DNA of 64,000 bases, taken from the IMG/VR virus record IMGVR_UViG_3300033143_003851, positions 1 through 64,000 of that record, one strand, 5' to 3'. Positions 29,380-39,518 of the stretch are shown here, piece by piece. The notes under the pieces were generated by a model. That model saw only the letters and a list, made by a program, of their open reading frames with translations, did no database searches and was not told the origin of the DNA. Source of the stretch: a virus. A program made the translations under genes and the position numbers. Each line of letters opens with the position of its first letter. The first letter of the stretch is position 1.

Positions 29380-29739
29380 TCATAATACAACCTTCATCCA
29401 TGCTTCTCCTGGAGTACCCAGCAGCTCATTAAAATCAAATGTCCATAAGTCTTTTTGATATGCTGTTTCCCCCATATATACTCCATCATCACAGAGCACA
29501 AACTTATCAGGATCAATTTCCCACAACATTTTCATGTAGTCTATCATGGAAGGGAGCCAGAGGGCAGAAGCTATAACTGCCATTTTAGATGCCTCACAAA
29601 TTGGATGTGAACCCCAAATACCTTTAATCTGAAGTCCTACAGTGGCACCAACAATATATTGATCCCCATATTGAAATTTTCTCTGCCCATGAATTTCTCT
29701 GACCTTTCTAGCAATCTCAATTTCTCTTTTACTAATCAT
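29380..29739 (-). CDS. Hypothetical protein, paralog of 25180-25599
   Basis: Shared terminal blocks at protein and nucleotide level. Confidence 0.7.
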   Translation of the reverse strand: MISKREIEIARKVREIHGQRKFQYGDQYIVGATVGLQIKGIWGSHPICEASKMAVIASALWLPSMIDYMKMLWEIDPDKFVLCDDGVYMGETAYQKDLWTFDFNELLGTPGEAWMKVVL

Positions 29740-30028
29740 TTTCCACCTTAAAACACCGCTTGCACGGCCTTGCCCAACCTAGTTTAAATAGTGCCCGAAT
29801 ATATGATAAGTTAACAGGATATTTACCAACACATGGTCCCTCTAGGTGGTGGACAACTACATTACGACCACCAATTTTGCTAACAGTAGCATCCACACGC
29901 CACTTAACATCTACCATAGTTTTTTTAATTTGTTTTGGAGACATATATACTCCTTTTGGGCACTCAAAACATACTCTATCTTCTCCATCTAAAAATCTTC
30001 TGTTACATCTATTAACCATGTGGCACAT
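29732..30028 (-). CDS. Cys-rich hypothetical protein
   Basis: CFEC, HH...C, CKRC. Confidence 0.5.
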   Translation of the reverse strand: MCHMVNRCNRRFLDGEDRVCFECPKGVYMSPKQIKKTMVDVKWRVDATVSKIGGRNVVVHHLEGPCVGKYPVNLSYIRALFKLGWARPCKRCFKVEND

Positions 30029-30046
30029 AACTCTACCCTGCTTGCT

Positions 30047-30280
30047 TCACGTAAATTGTTCTAAATAGCCTTTTTTACTCATCCAACATAAGATATAAGT
30101 TCCCACAAAACACGATAACATACTAATTACTAAACCAGCAATCTGTTGATGAGTTTGGTCCCATGTAAGTATTACTGTTACAATTAAATGGGTGGCTAAC
30201 ATAAATGCAATTATCCCTCCACCTATAATAAGTAAAAGAGAGATTAACAACATAAAGAACCACGATGTATTATGATTCAT
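30047..30280 (-). CDS. Small membrane protein (2 TM)
   Basis: Two hydrophobic segments; AGGAG RBS. Confidence 0.6.
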   Translation of the reverse strand: MNHNTSWFFMLLISLLLIIGGGIIAFMLATHLIVTVILTWDQTHQQIAGLVISMLSCFVGTYILCWMSKKGYLEQFT

Positions 30281-30470
30281 ATCATGTCTCCTTTAGTTTT
30301 TCAACAAGATTTCTCTCCACTATTGTATCTTCTATGTAGAAGATAATCTGATCTGCTCAGATGGTGTCCAAACACAAAGTTTTCAACCAGTTGTCCAAGT
30401 CTTAACTGAGGATATTTGTGCCACAGGTCTGTAAGCATCTTCATAATCCTGTCAATTCTGTCTGGGTTTC

Positions 30471-31373
30471 TCATCTCTTTACCTCAATATCTCTACCAGA
30501 ACTAGTGTTAATAAGCCTGATATTTTTATCATCGAAGATAACAAATCCTTTAGTCCACTTAGGAAACTTTTCTGTGCTCTGTTTATACTCCATGTTAGCT
30601 GAGTCGCACAGACAACCCATATCAATTACGTGAAATGCTCCACTGTGAGACATAGTATATGTAAGGTGGTGCTGGTGCCCAACAATAACGTTTTCATGGT
30701 ATGTCTCAGCAATAAAATTACCAAGCCTACCTCTGATAAGGGAGAATTTCCTTGGGTGGCAAACTCGCCACCGCTCTCCTATAGTATCAACAAAGAACAT
30801 ATGGTCAATATCTACCGCCTTAATTTTCCGCCCAAACTCATCTACGGCAAGAGACAGCATCTTGTCATATGATACTCCAATACTCCTGGACATCCTCTCA
30901 TCGTGGTTCCCTCGAATCACATAGATCTGGTCAAATACCGAGAGGGCATCTTCAAACATGACAATAGCCATGTTAATCTCTTGCTCTAGTGGGATTGTCG
31001 GGTGGTTGTGGTGAAACTTACTAATCCTCTCACAGTCTAATGTATCTCCACCAAGCACCAGAGTTGGTTTAGTATATTCTTTAGCGTGCGACAACACGCT
31101 GGCCCAACTGTCTTGACACATATATGGGATATGCATATCGCTGACCATAAAAACAGTGGACCCTTTAATCTCAAATGTCTTAAATTTGTTCTTAACTGGG
31201 CTGATGTAGAACATCCCACTAGGAGATTCCTTGACGCTAATCCCTGTTTCTTTCTTAATTGTGCTCAAATATCTTTTCACAGTATCTGGTTTGACACCCA
31301 GATATTTAGAGAGGAAAGTCATATTTCGGGCTTTCCTCTGGATAATATCTACCATTTCTTCATATCTATTCAT
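30471..31373 (-). CDS. HTH-fused calcineurin-like metallophosphoesterase
   Basis: N-terminal HTH (LSKYLGVKPDTVKRYL); SDMH, GGDTLD, GNHD, CHP, GHQH. Confidence 0.88.
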   Translation of the reverse strand: MNRYEEMVDIIQRKARNMTFLSKYLGVKPDTVKRYLSTIKKETGISVKESPSGMFYISPVKNKFKTFEIKGSTVFMVSDMHIPYMCQDSWASVLSHAKEYTKPTLVLGGDTLDCERISKFHHNHPTIPLEQEINMAIVMFEDALSVFDQIYVIRGNHDERMSRSIGVSYDKMLSLAVDEFGRKIKAVDIDHMFFVDTIGERWRVCHPRKFSLIRGRLGNFIAETYHENVIVGHQHHLTYTMSHSGAFHVIDMGCLCDSANMEYKQSTEKFPKWTKGFVIFDDKNIRLINTSSGRDIEVKR

Positions 31374-31683
31374 TTTTAATTAATCTCCCATTATTACTAT
31401 AATAGTTATTTACAATATCTTTTACCCTTCCCATAGAAACAACTTGGTTGCATAATTTATTAAACTCACGCAATCTTATAGTGTGGTGGCACATCATTGA
31501 ATATTTCCTTGTCTTAATATATAAGTGCTCAACTATTTTTAAAGCAACTCTTTCTTTAACAGCTCCGTCACAGGCTTTTTTAAGCTCATATCTAATAACA
31601 TCGCCTATTCCCATCCCTATGTCGTCTATTTTCATACGATAAACCACATAGTACAACTCTGCAACCAGATCATTTCTAGACAA
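31366..31683 (-). CDS. Hypothetical protein
   Basis: Packed ORF, GGTGA RBS. Confidence 0.5.
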   Translation of the reverse strand: MSRNDLVAELYYVVYRMKIDDIGMGIGDVIRYELKKACDGAVKERVALKIVEHLYIKTRKYSMMCHHTIRLREFNKLCNQVVSMGRVKDIVNNYYSNNGRLIKNE

Positions 31684-31689
31684 AAATCA

Positions 31690-32241
31690 TCACCTTTTTT
31701 GACAACCACTAATATACTTAATAAGACTTTCAGTGTTTATATTATCTATATTTCCTAAACTAGTGCCTATATCTATTATATTTTTAATATCGAAGCTTTT
31801 CATATCAGAACCATTATAAACATCTAGTAGTTTACTAGCGCTTATAATAGTAGTGTCGTTCAAAGTTGACCAGTAGAACAGTATATACACATCAACATTA
31901 GAGTCAACTAATGTCTGGTATGTTTTGAGTTGGTTATGTTTCCTAGCACTACCACCAGACCTGTCAAAGAATGTCCACGAATATCTGTCTGTTTTAACAC
32001 TAGATTTAACTTCTAATAGTGCCAACCCAAACTCTGGGTGAACAATAAGGAAATCTGCTGGTTGAGGAGGCAAGGGAACATACCTACTGTTCCCAGTTCG
32101 CCTTCCACAATCTAATTCTTCAACTAATGCCTGGTCATTAAGCTTGAGAATATATGGCAACTTCAAAACCTTAGGTATCATTTTTTCAACTTTCTTCCAG
32201 TGGATTTTTTCATCCTCATAATCCCTAATGTTGGTTCCCAC
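31690..32241 (-). CDS. PD-(D/E)xK nuclease, probable Holliday junction resolvase (Hjc/RecU-like)
   Basis: PADFLI...LLEVKS...HNQ. Confidence 0.75.
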   Translation of the reverse strand: MGTNIRDYEDEKIHWKKVEKMIPKVLKLPYILKLNDQALVEELDCGRRTGNSRYVPLPPQPADFLIVHPEFGLALLEVKSSVKTDRYSWTFFDRSGGSARKHNQLKTYQTLVDSNVDVYILFYWSTLNDTTIISASKLLDVYNGSDMKSFDIKNIIDIGTSLGNIDNINTESLIKYISGCQKR

Positions 32242-32250
32242 ATATAAATG

Positions 32251-32529
32251 TTACCTTGGAGGAACATATGCCAGAAAAATATCTAATTTCATTTTATCTG
32301 GAATACTACTAGGTAATCTATCAAAAAGTTTTTTAGGTATAACTCTAGATATGTGTATATCACACTGAAAATCAAATAACTGTAAATATGGTGTATCATC
32401 TATATAAGGCATAACTACTCTAATAGAAGAACTATCTTTTCTTATAACCTTTCTAATACCGTCATATTTTCCTCCAAGCACTGGCAACATGATATAATCC
32501 CCAACTTCTATTGTTTCAAAAATACTCAT
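32251..32529 (-). CDS. Hypothetical SH3-like protein starting 1 nt after tRNA-Leu
   Basis: MSIFETIEVGDYI; ATG at 32529. Confidence 0.55.
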   Translation of the reverse strand: MSIFETIEVGDYIMLPVLGGKYDGIRKVIRKDSSSIRVVMPYIDDTPYLQLFDFQCDIHISRVIPKKLFDRLPSSIPDKMKLDIFLAYVPPR

Positions 32530-32530
32530 A

Positions 32531-32613
32531 TGCACAGGGCAGGATTCGAACCTGCGAAGGCACTAAGCCACCAGATCTTAAGTCTGGCCTCTTTTCCGCT
32601 AGAGTACCTGTGC
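32531..32613 (-). tRNA. tRNA-Leu(TAA)
   Basis: GCACAGG/CCTGTGC acceptor; CCAGA-CTTAAGA-TCTGG; long variable arm; A73. Confidence 0.93.
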
Positions 32614-33077
32614 TAATCTAATCCTTTAAACTACTAAATCCTCGTCTGTTTCTCCTAGCAGCAACCCCACAAGTTTCATCCTATTTGCCTGACTTAGTGG
32701 AGCAACTATAGTGGAAAGCTCATCTGACATACAGAAAAACGCCTCGTCATTGTAGTTAACTATCTTAAATTTCATTCTTATCCCCCATATTTCCCATTTT
32801 AATATACTCCTCACAACCACACTCAGCACACACTAGCACTACAAAATCTGGTTCATCTGTGTCTGTGCTATAAGTTATTTTTACATTCCATGTATCTGAG
32901 TTACACCTGCAAAACCTCTGCGACATCTAAAACCCACTCCACATATATATAGAACGAACACTAGTATTTCTGAACTTTGCAGCATTTCTGATAGCATCAT
33001 TCTCTCTCTCAAAGGCACACAGAGTTGCACCATCAACACATACTATCCATATTGGTTTCCGTAACATTCCATCTCCA

Positions 33078-33150
33078 AGCCTGCCGAAGGACTCGAACCC
33101 CCAACCTGTGGTTTACAGGACCACCGCACTACCAATTGTGCTAGACAGGC
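33078..33150 (-). tRNA. tRNA-Thr(TGT) with C33
   Basis: GCCTGTC/GGCAGGC acceptor; GTGGT-CCTGTAA-ACCAC; U73 discriminator. Confidence 0.85.
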
Positions 33151-33327
33151 AAATAAGAAGGTGTAATATATATATGATTAAAATGTGATCGGCATTTAAA
33201 CATAATACTACTATATGAGTAAGCAGCAAGTGAACCACTATATTTTTTACATTATACTGTAATAATATATCTCGTGATATGCCAACTGCCACAATATCCT
33301 TCTATCAGAGTACTTCATATTCTATTA

Positions 33328-34116
33328 TTACATTTCCAATAGTTTTTTCTGTGATGCATCACAATCATTACAAACATCGAACTCATTTTTAGTCTTCTCA
33401 ATTAGTCCTGTATCCCAACAAGATGGACAACTCACATATCCTGTACTATAATCTTTATCACAGCTTTTATGGAAGCACCTATCACAAATATCTCCAAGCT
33501 GATCCACTGTGTCTTCATCACAATAGGCACAAAGATATCTATCCTTTTCTGGGACGGTTTCTGACTGCTCAACTAATACAATGTTAGTTGGACAATCTGA
33601 ACATATTGCCATACTATGAGCATCGCTTTTCACATGCTTATAGCACACGGATCTACAGCAAGAACTACAAACAAATGAAATTTCCCCTTCGCAGCCTTCA
33701 ATTTGACACAAAAATCCTGTATCAATATCATCTCTAAGTCTTTGTGAGTTAGCCAAAACAAATTTAGATGCGCTGTCTACAGACGTAAGGTCATCTAATG
33801 CATTAGTAATTTTTTTATGACCATGAATTGTTTTTATAATTATAGATGGAGTATAGTGAGGCAACTCATGTGCTACCTGATGAAACAACACCCTCAATGC
33901 TGTAAAGTAGTTACAGCATTTTATATGAGTCTCCATCTCACGAATAACTCCAAGGGCAGTATATACAATACCAGCCTCTTCTTTTTCTCGATGATGTGTA
34001 TCACACAGAAAGAACACATTGTCAGCAGTAGCCCACTTATGGGTTCCTAGATCATCACAACCATCATTACCACAAGGCTCTACAGCAACCACAGGTGGCG
34101 ATTCTGTCTCAGACAT
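33328..34116 (-). CDS. Multi-Zn-finger protein (AN1/B-box-like knuckles)
   Basis: CGNDGC..LCDTH; CQIEGC..CSSC..CYKH..CSDC; CAYC..CDRC; CPSC..CNDC; start probably MSETES. Confidence 0.65.
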   Translation of the reverse strand: MSETESPPVVAVEPCGNDGCDDLGTHKWATADNVFFLCDTHHREKEEAGIVYTALGVIREMETHIKCCNYFTALRVLFHQVAHELPHYTPSIIIKTIHGHKKITNALDDLTSVDSASKFVLANSQRLRDDIDTGFLCQIEGCEGEISFVCSSCCRSVCYKHVKSDAHSMAICSDCPTNIVLVEQSETVPEKDRYLCAYCDEDTVDQLGDICDRCFHKSCDKDYSTGYVSCPSCWDTGLIEKTKNEFDVCNDCDASQKKLLEM

Positions 34117-35035
34117 CAGAATCTCCACCGTTTGACACATGCCAGTCCATAATAATTCTGCTATAGAGATCAAGCTTTGTCTCCATGAGACCTGGGGCAC
34201 TATTCGTTTCGAGGACAACAAACTCACCATCTTCTTTTCTGATAACATCAATTGCTGCAATCTTTAGTCCAATTGCTTCTGAAGCTCTGTTACATAGAGT
34301 TTCAAGCTCTGACCACGCAGTAAACCTGTCTGGATCTCTGCGACTATGACGATAGCCATTGTCAAATGCTCTAATTTTGCTCACAACATCATAGAAAATT
34401 TCAAAGTAAAGAGTAGTATGTTCAGCAATATACTCATTATAGTACTCCATATCGTGGATTTTTTGATCCAGATATACCATACTCCCATTCACCATATGAG
34501 CTCTATACTCTGTGTCGCTGGGAACCCATTTCATAAGAATAGTTTTATTATCCCTGTCAGATCTTGGTAACATATTATTACTAGTAATCTTATTTGCTCT
34601 GGCAATTCTGGTGCCAGATCCTCCATGATGAGAGTTTGGTCTCATAATAATAATATCATTACCCTGCTCTCTTAACCAGTCAGTGGGCACAACTCTACTG
34701 GTAATAAACTCTGGAACCGCAATATCAGCATCTCTCAGCTTAGCTAGCATAACATCCTTTCTTCGGCTGTTGTCAATACTGCTGATGGTATTAAGCTCAT
34801 TAGATGGGTTAACATATCCTACTAAAGGGTGTCTGGACCCCCACCTTACAAGATTAAATTCGTTTTCACGGGTCCATACTTTAAGGCGACGACTTACAGA
34901 GTCAGTATATGATCTGCTATTGTGGTTAAGGCCATAGATATGATCTCCAACACCCATGTCAGATATTTTTAAACTTAGTCGTCTACCTGTCCCCGCCATG
35001 CTTTTACCAAACAAAACGATGAGTTTTTTGCCCAT
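34109..35035 (-). CDS. ATP-grasp ligase (RimK-like, phage type)
   Basis: VRWGS, RPNSHHGGSG, TEYRAH, AAIDVI, VLETNSAPGL. Confidence 0.9.
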   Translation of the reverse strand: MGKKLIVLFGKSMAGTGRRLSLKISDMGVGDHIYGLNHNSRSYTDSVSRRLKVWTRENEFNLVRWGSRHPLVGYVNPSNELNTISSIDNSRRKDVMLAKLRDADIAVPEFITSRVVPTDWLREQGNDIIIMRPNSHHGGSGTRIARANKITSNNMLPRSDRDNKTILMKWVPSDTEYRAHMVNGSMVYLDQKIHDMEYYNEYIAEHTTLYFEIFYDVVSKIRAFDNGYRHSRRDPDRFTAWSELETLCNRASEAIGLKIAAIDVIRKEDGEFVVLETNSAPGLMETKLDLYSRIIMDWHVSNGGDSDV

Positions 35036-36072
35036 TACTTTTCCTCCATTTCTTTTAGTGGTTCTGTAATTGTCATCCTACACTTATAACACGCTTTAAT
35101 ACTACTAATTTTATTATCTACCTTGCACCTTTGACATTTGGCAATCATCTCTCCAAATGACTTTCTATATGTTTGAGACCACATCTCGTAGCCTACAATT
35201 GCATCTATGTTTTTAACGCTATGTATTTTTCGTTTAAGAGATTTACCAGTACATACCCCAGTAGTAATCTTCGGGGTTATAGTCGTCGACTTCGTCGCCT
35301 TCGACACAGGTGGGGTTTCCGCCCCGCTGCGAGGGAAATCACTACTATACCCCCCACTGTATACAGAGGCAGGCTTTGTAAGCTTGTCCCCAAATACAAC
35401 TGTAGGACCAATTTCACAGTCTAGCAGGGCCATTGTCTTACTTGGAAAATTCCATACTTCTCCAAGATTCTGCATCATAGTTGGGATTCTAGATGCATAT
35501 ATCCAACCACCGTTTTCTAGTTTCAATCCTTGAAAGTCTCCATATGAAACATATACATATGTGCTTTGGTGTTCGTCATCATCTTCTACTTCTTGCCACA
35601 AATATACTCCAGTTCCGTATATAGGGGCATAGATTCCCAACTCTGCAGTCAAAATTGCCATAATCATAGAGTCAGATGAGAAGTGTAAATCTGCCAAATC
35701 ATAGTCATACCCAATGGCCAGACTGAGAATATGTTGGTCATATCCTCTCCAGGTGCCATTATGAGCAAAAACTACTTCTCTAGTTTCGCAACTCTGAGCA
35801 GATATATGAAATGGGTGGCAAAGAATATCTTCTTTACCGCCTATAGATGCGATTCTAGTGTGAAAGATAAAATCCTCATCTCCAAAATGTTTTGATGAAT
35901 CAAAGCATTCTTTGACAGTCATTTTTAAAGCCTTGTCGACATAGGCTTCTGTCCCCAGAAATCCACCAATTCCATTACCGTGCCCTCCACCTGTCTTTTC
36001 AAGAGCTTTAAACAGGTTAATCATATCATCTTCGGCTGTAAATTTATGAGATACTAAAGCTAGCCTGCACAT
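35035..36072 (-). CDS. Class II (Ntn) glutamine amidotransferase-like protein
   Basis: N-terminal MCRL nucleophile, GHGNG, FHTRIAS.G, HPF, AHNG, SDS. Confidence 0.9.
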   Translation of the reverse strand: MCRLALVSHKFTAEDDMINLFKALEKTGGGHGNGIGGFLGTEAYVDKALKMTVKECFDSSKHFGDEDFIFHTRIASIGGKEDILCHPFHISAQSCETREVVFAHNGTWRGYDQHILSLAIGYDYDLADLHFSSDSMIMAILTAELGIYAPIYGTGVYLWQEVEDDDEHQSTYVYVSYGDFQGLKLENGGWIYASRIPTMMQNLGEVWNFPSKTMALLDCEIGPTVVFGDKLTKPASVYSGGYSSDFPRSGAETPPVSKATKSTTITPKITTGVCTGKSLKRKIHSVKNIDAIVGYEMWSQTYRKSFGEMIAKCQRCKVDNKISSIKACYKCRMTITEPLKEMEEK

Positions 36073-36073
36073 A

Positions 36074-37201
36074 CTACCACTCTCCTTGAGTATTGCTCTC
36101 TTTTACTTGCATTTTACTAATGTTTGGTAAATTATCTTTAATTATCTTAATTAGTTGTTTATAAGAAGGAGCATTAATGGTTGTAATAAATTCCTCTTCA
36201 GGGCGATGAGGGTGGTTAGGACTGAAGTCATTATGTTTAGTATCATATGATACATGATTATCAGCATCTGTTTTATTGATATTAATCTTTTCAGTAACAA
36301 CCAACCTTCTGCTAGCCTTAATTAGCTTCTCAATGGCAGATTTTTTAAAACCACCACTTACTGTAACTTTAGCAGGGCCTCTCTCTAGGTCCCAGTTCTT
36401 AAGGATTGATAGCTTATAGAATGTTTTTTTGTTTTCAATCATATCAAAGATAGGGTTAATCCAAGACTCATATCTACTCCAAAGATGACAAGTCTGAAAT
36501 ACCTCTTTAGCTGTATTTACCGTAGGCATGAGGACATCAGTATCAATTGTTCTGAATGCCTCTTTAATTTCATCACCAGAACTACTGATTGCTAATATTC
36601 TACGCAACACAGATTTTTCTCTGAGATATTGGTCAGTAGCTACCCACATCATAGCTAGGGCAGCCTTTGTCATAGTTGGGTGAGTTAACCAGCTACTAAG
36701 TGCCCTATACTCTACATGTCCATCTCCCTTAAACATACGGCTAGTAGAGACCCCTGCTAGATGTCCATAACTACTACTGTTTCTCCTTCTTATGCCCATC
36801 ATCCTATTCTCTACTAGAACGAGCGGAATGCCTATCATGTTATCCATATATCTACATATGTTTTCTCTTTCACCAAGCATGTTATCATTAATATCTCCAC
36901 TGATATGAATATGACCACCAATAACATCTGACCCAATTGCTCCTCCTCCTCCAACAAGCATCCAACCTGGGGGGATGAATCTTCCTATGTCTCGAAGACA
37001 ACCTCGGATCTGTTCCATATGTTCCTCTGGGGTTCCTGTGCCAGGTCTAATTTCAAACACCCGACCACAGTGATCCTGTCCAATTCGTCTAGAGCTTCCT
37101 ATGAAGTTGTGTGCCACAGACAACACAGTATTCACATTACAGTATCTAAGATCATCCTCTTTTACTAACAGTAACTCTGGGTCGCTTCCTATAAGCAGCA
37201 T
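36074..37201 (-). CDS. COOH-NH2 ligase type 2 (phiEco32-like amidoligase, glutamine synthetase/GCS fold)
   Basis: IGSDPELLL, G.D...FEIRP, GGHIH, RR...YG, VEYRALSSW. Confidence 0.88.
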   Translation of the reverse strand: MLLIGSDPELLLVKEDDLRYCNVNTVLSVAHNFIGSSRRIGQDHCGRVFEIRPGTGTPEEHMEQIRGCLRDIGRFIPPGWMLVGGGGAIGSDVIGGHIHISGDINDNMLGERENICRYMDNMIGIPLVLVENRMMGIRRRNSSSYGHLAGVSTSRMFKGDGHVEYRALSSWLTHPTMTKAALAMMWVATDQYLREKSVLRRILAISSSGDEIKEAFRTIDTDVLMPTVNTAKEVFQTCHLWSRYESWINPIFDMIENKKTFYKLSILKNWDLERGPAKVTVSGGFKKSAIEKLIKASRRLVVTEKININKTDADNHVSYDTKHNDFSPNHPHRPEEEFITTINAPSYKQLIKIIKDNLPNISKMQVKESNTQGEW

Positions 37202-37645
37202 TTACTTTTCCTCCTTTAACATATCTTTAACATGATTTATATCTAGTATAAGTTTTTTTAAGTTCCATTTACACACAGTACTATCGTCTAAAATTACCTT
37301 TATTTTTGATGATATTCTATGAATTTTTCCATATATCGTATTTATACCTCTAATACGATTAGAATTAATACTACAGTAATTAGTTTTACTAGATACGTAA
37401 GCTGTTTTAATATGAGAAAAAATGACTCTGTTGGCAGAAGAAAAATGAGTTTCAACCCAACTAAATAATTCTATACTAAGTCTATGAGCTATTGTCTTAA
37501 TATTGGTATTAAATTGCATATCTATCATAGATATAAAACCATATGTGTCCCATAGGCTTTTTAAAAACAGATCTGCCTCAATTATTTCTTCAATCTCTTG
37601 GGTGGTGATGTGCATATAGTTTTTCCCACCTACATATCTCTGCAT
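37202..37645 (-). CDS. Hypothetical protein (AT-rich)
   Basis: Packed ORF. Confidence 0.5.
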   Translation of the reverse strand: MQRYVGGKNYMHITTQEIEEIIEADLFLKSLWDTYGFISMIDMQFNTNIKTIAHRLSIELFSWVETHFSSANRVIFSHIKTAYVSSKTNYCSINSNRIRGINTIYGKIHRISSKIKVILDDSTVCKWNLKKLILDINHVKDMLKEEK

Positions 37646-38033
37646 ATGTTAAGGAAGCATAATAAGTAATTTTAACATAAACCATAAAGGGTATATCTGA
37701 CTTATAAGTTTCAAATATTGACTGAAGCTCTGATATTGTTGCATACATATCCTCAAAAAAAGAAAATACTACTGCATTTTCAAAATTAGATATATGTTCT
37801 TTTGTATGTGGAAATCGAAGTGATCCACTAGCGTCTAACTTAGACCTATTCAGTTTAGATCTTGTGTCAACAAGATGGTTTCTAAAAATCATACCGATAA
37901 AAGATAGTCTTGAATCGACATTACCAGATCCATTAAACGCACAATCTAAGCAATGAATAATATTTGAGTTCTTTTTACGAAATACTCTATATTTAATATA
38001 TGTGTCTATATCCATATACCCACCTGGATTCAA
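37590..38033 (-). CDS. Hypothetical protein (AT-rich)
   Basis: Packed ORF. Confidence 0.5.
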   Translation of the reverse strand: MNPGGYMDIDTYIKYRVFRKKNSNIIHCLDCAFNGSGNVDSRLSFIGMIFRNHLVDTRSKLNRSKLDASGSLRFPHTKEHISNFENAVVFSFFEDMYATISELQSIFETYKSDIPFMVYVKITYYASLTYAEICRWEKLYAHHHPRD

Positions 38034-38238
38034 CTCTGACGTATTTAATTTGAAGACACTTACGATACCTTAAGAATGCTCGAATTACCTCGCACTTAGA
38101 TGGGACATTTCTTCTCCTGCCTCCCCACCTCTTTTTGTTATTTCTGAGCCTGTCGAGGATTGCCAGGATTGGTATGTGGTTTTCGTCTGCTTTTGGTATG
38201 TGTGGAGACACCTGCCTCCACACATCTTGGTTGCTCAT
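37993..38238 (-). CDS. Small basic hypothetical protein
   Basis: Overlap coupling. Confidence 0.4.
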   Translation of the reverse strand: MSNQDVWRQVSPHIPKADENHIPILAILDRLRNNKKRWGGRRRNVPSKCEVIRAFLRYRKCLQIKYVRVESRWVYGYRHIY

Positions 38239-38578
38239 GTGTTTTCCCCCAGTGTTTAATTTGAACAGTGTTAGGAAAATATTTCCTATGTTTTACAGCT
38301 ATAGTTTGAGACTTCAAACATTCTTCGCTGTGGCTCCCGTTTTCATTGATCCTGACAAGACCAATGTTCTGCCTCCAGAGCCAGTAGTATGCTCCAGGGT
38401 AAAGAAACCATACTGGTTCTTTACCTTTGTCTTGGTATGTGATTGGGGCAATATACTTGCCAGACCTAGTTGAGATCAACTCCTGCCCCTTAGATCCAGT
38501 ATATTTGATTGTCATTGTAGTACCTATGAACATTCTATAAAATTCATAATAGCAATAAGAAGCGCTCCAACCATCCAC
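38138..38578 (-). CDS. Hypothetical protein; start probably MTIKY
   Basis: Packed ORF. Confidence 0.4.
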   Translation of the reverse strand: MDGWSASYCYYEFYRMFIGTTMTIKYTGSKGQELISTRSGKYIAPITYQDKGKEPVWFLYPGAYYWLWRQNIGLVRINENGSHSEECLKSQTIAVKHRKYFPNTVQIKHWGKTHEQPRCVEAGVSTHTKSRRKPHTNPGNPRQAQK

Positions 38579-38742
38579 ACTCGAAGTAAAAACCAGTATA
38601 AACTTAACAGCTCAAAGAACGGATCAAAATCCATATAGATAAAACTAAACAAAAGAATAAAACCAAATACCATAACATAAAAAACAGACATCATTATTAC
38701 ACCAACCACCAATGAAGCAGCGATGCTAGTCAGTTGCTTCAT
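38524..38742 (-). CDS. Small membrane protein (2 TM)
   Basis: Two hydrophobic segments; ATGA coupling. Confidence 0.6.
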   Translation of the reverse strand: MKQLTSIAASLVVGVIMMSVFYVMVFGFILLFSFIYMDFDPFFELLSLYWFLLRVWMVGALLIAIMNFIECS

Positions 38743-39518
38743 TGTTGTTCCCCAGCCTTCTTAAATGCTCCAAGGATGGTGGACATCATGTCCATCATCC
38801 TTTTAATTTCCTTCATGTTCCTCTCCTGCCCAGTAACCATGAATTTAAGTTCCCTCAGAGTCTCGGTCAATCCCCCCGATAAGTTACTGAGGTGGTGTCG
38901 AACCTCTGACATCATCTCAGTAGACTTATCCATCTGGTCAATGACATCTGCCCACCTCTCATTAAATGTAGGCTTATCCATTGAGACATGTTCATATCCT
39001 GGTACTGGTACTGGCACAGGTTCAGGTTCAGATTTAAGCTCTGGCCAAACTCCTCTAAAATGAACTCCTCTTGGAATCCTTTTCTTATACAGAACAATAT
39101 CACACATTAGATCATCTGTATTTGGAGGGTATGGAAGATGCTCTGGGATTGCGACGACTTTGCCCTCGCAATCATCCAGAACCTGTTTCAAGAAGGTAGC
39201 CCATGTCTGAACGTTAGGGGAATCCCTTGAGTGCTCACAACATGGCACGAAGATAATCTGTCTATCATCTTCGACATTTACGTAAACTGGTTCTGCCATC
39301 TTCATATTTTTGAGTTGGCTCATGGTCTCCTCATCTGCCACTGAAGCTGCCCAACCATTGTAAGCAGACATAAACACATATACATCTGCATCCACCTTAT
39401 CCACCGTTGGGTTGCCTGTAACTGCAGGTTCAATCACAGTTGCAGTTTCCATCGCTCGCTCTTGAACCTTGGCCTCTAGTTGAGCAATCACTTGCTTAAC
39501 GCTGATATTTTCTTGCAT
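38739..39518 (-). CDS. Hypothetical protein with Pro-rich linker and C-terminal coiled coil
   Basis: GAGGTGA RBS; EPEPVPVPVP; heptad repeats. Confidence 0.7.
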   Translation of the reverse strand: MQENISVKQVIAQLEAKVQERAMETATVIEPAVTGNPTVDKVDADVYVFMSAYNGWAASVADEETMSQLKNMKMAEPVYVNVEDDRQIIFVPCCEHSRDSPNVQTWATFLKQVLDDCEGKVVAIPEHLPYPPNTDDLMCDIVLYKKRIPRGVHFRGVWPELKSEPEPVPVPVPGYEHVSMDKPTFNERWADVIDQMDKSTEMMSEVRHHLSNLSGGLTETLRELKFMVTGQERNMKEIKRMMDMMSTILGAFKKAGEQQ

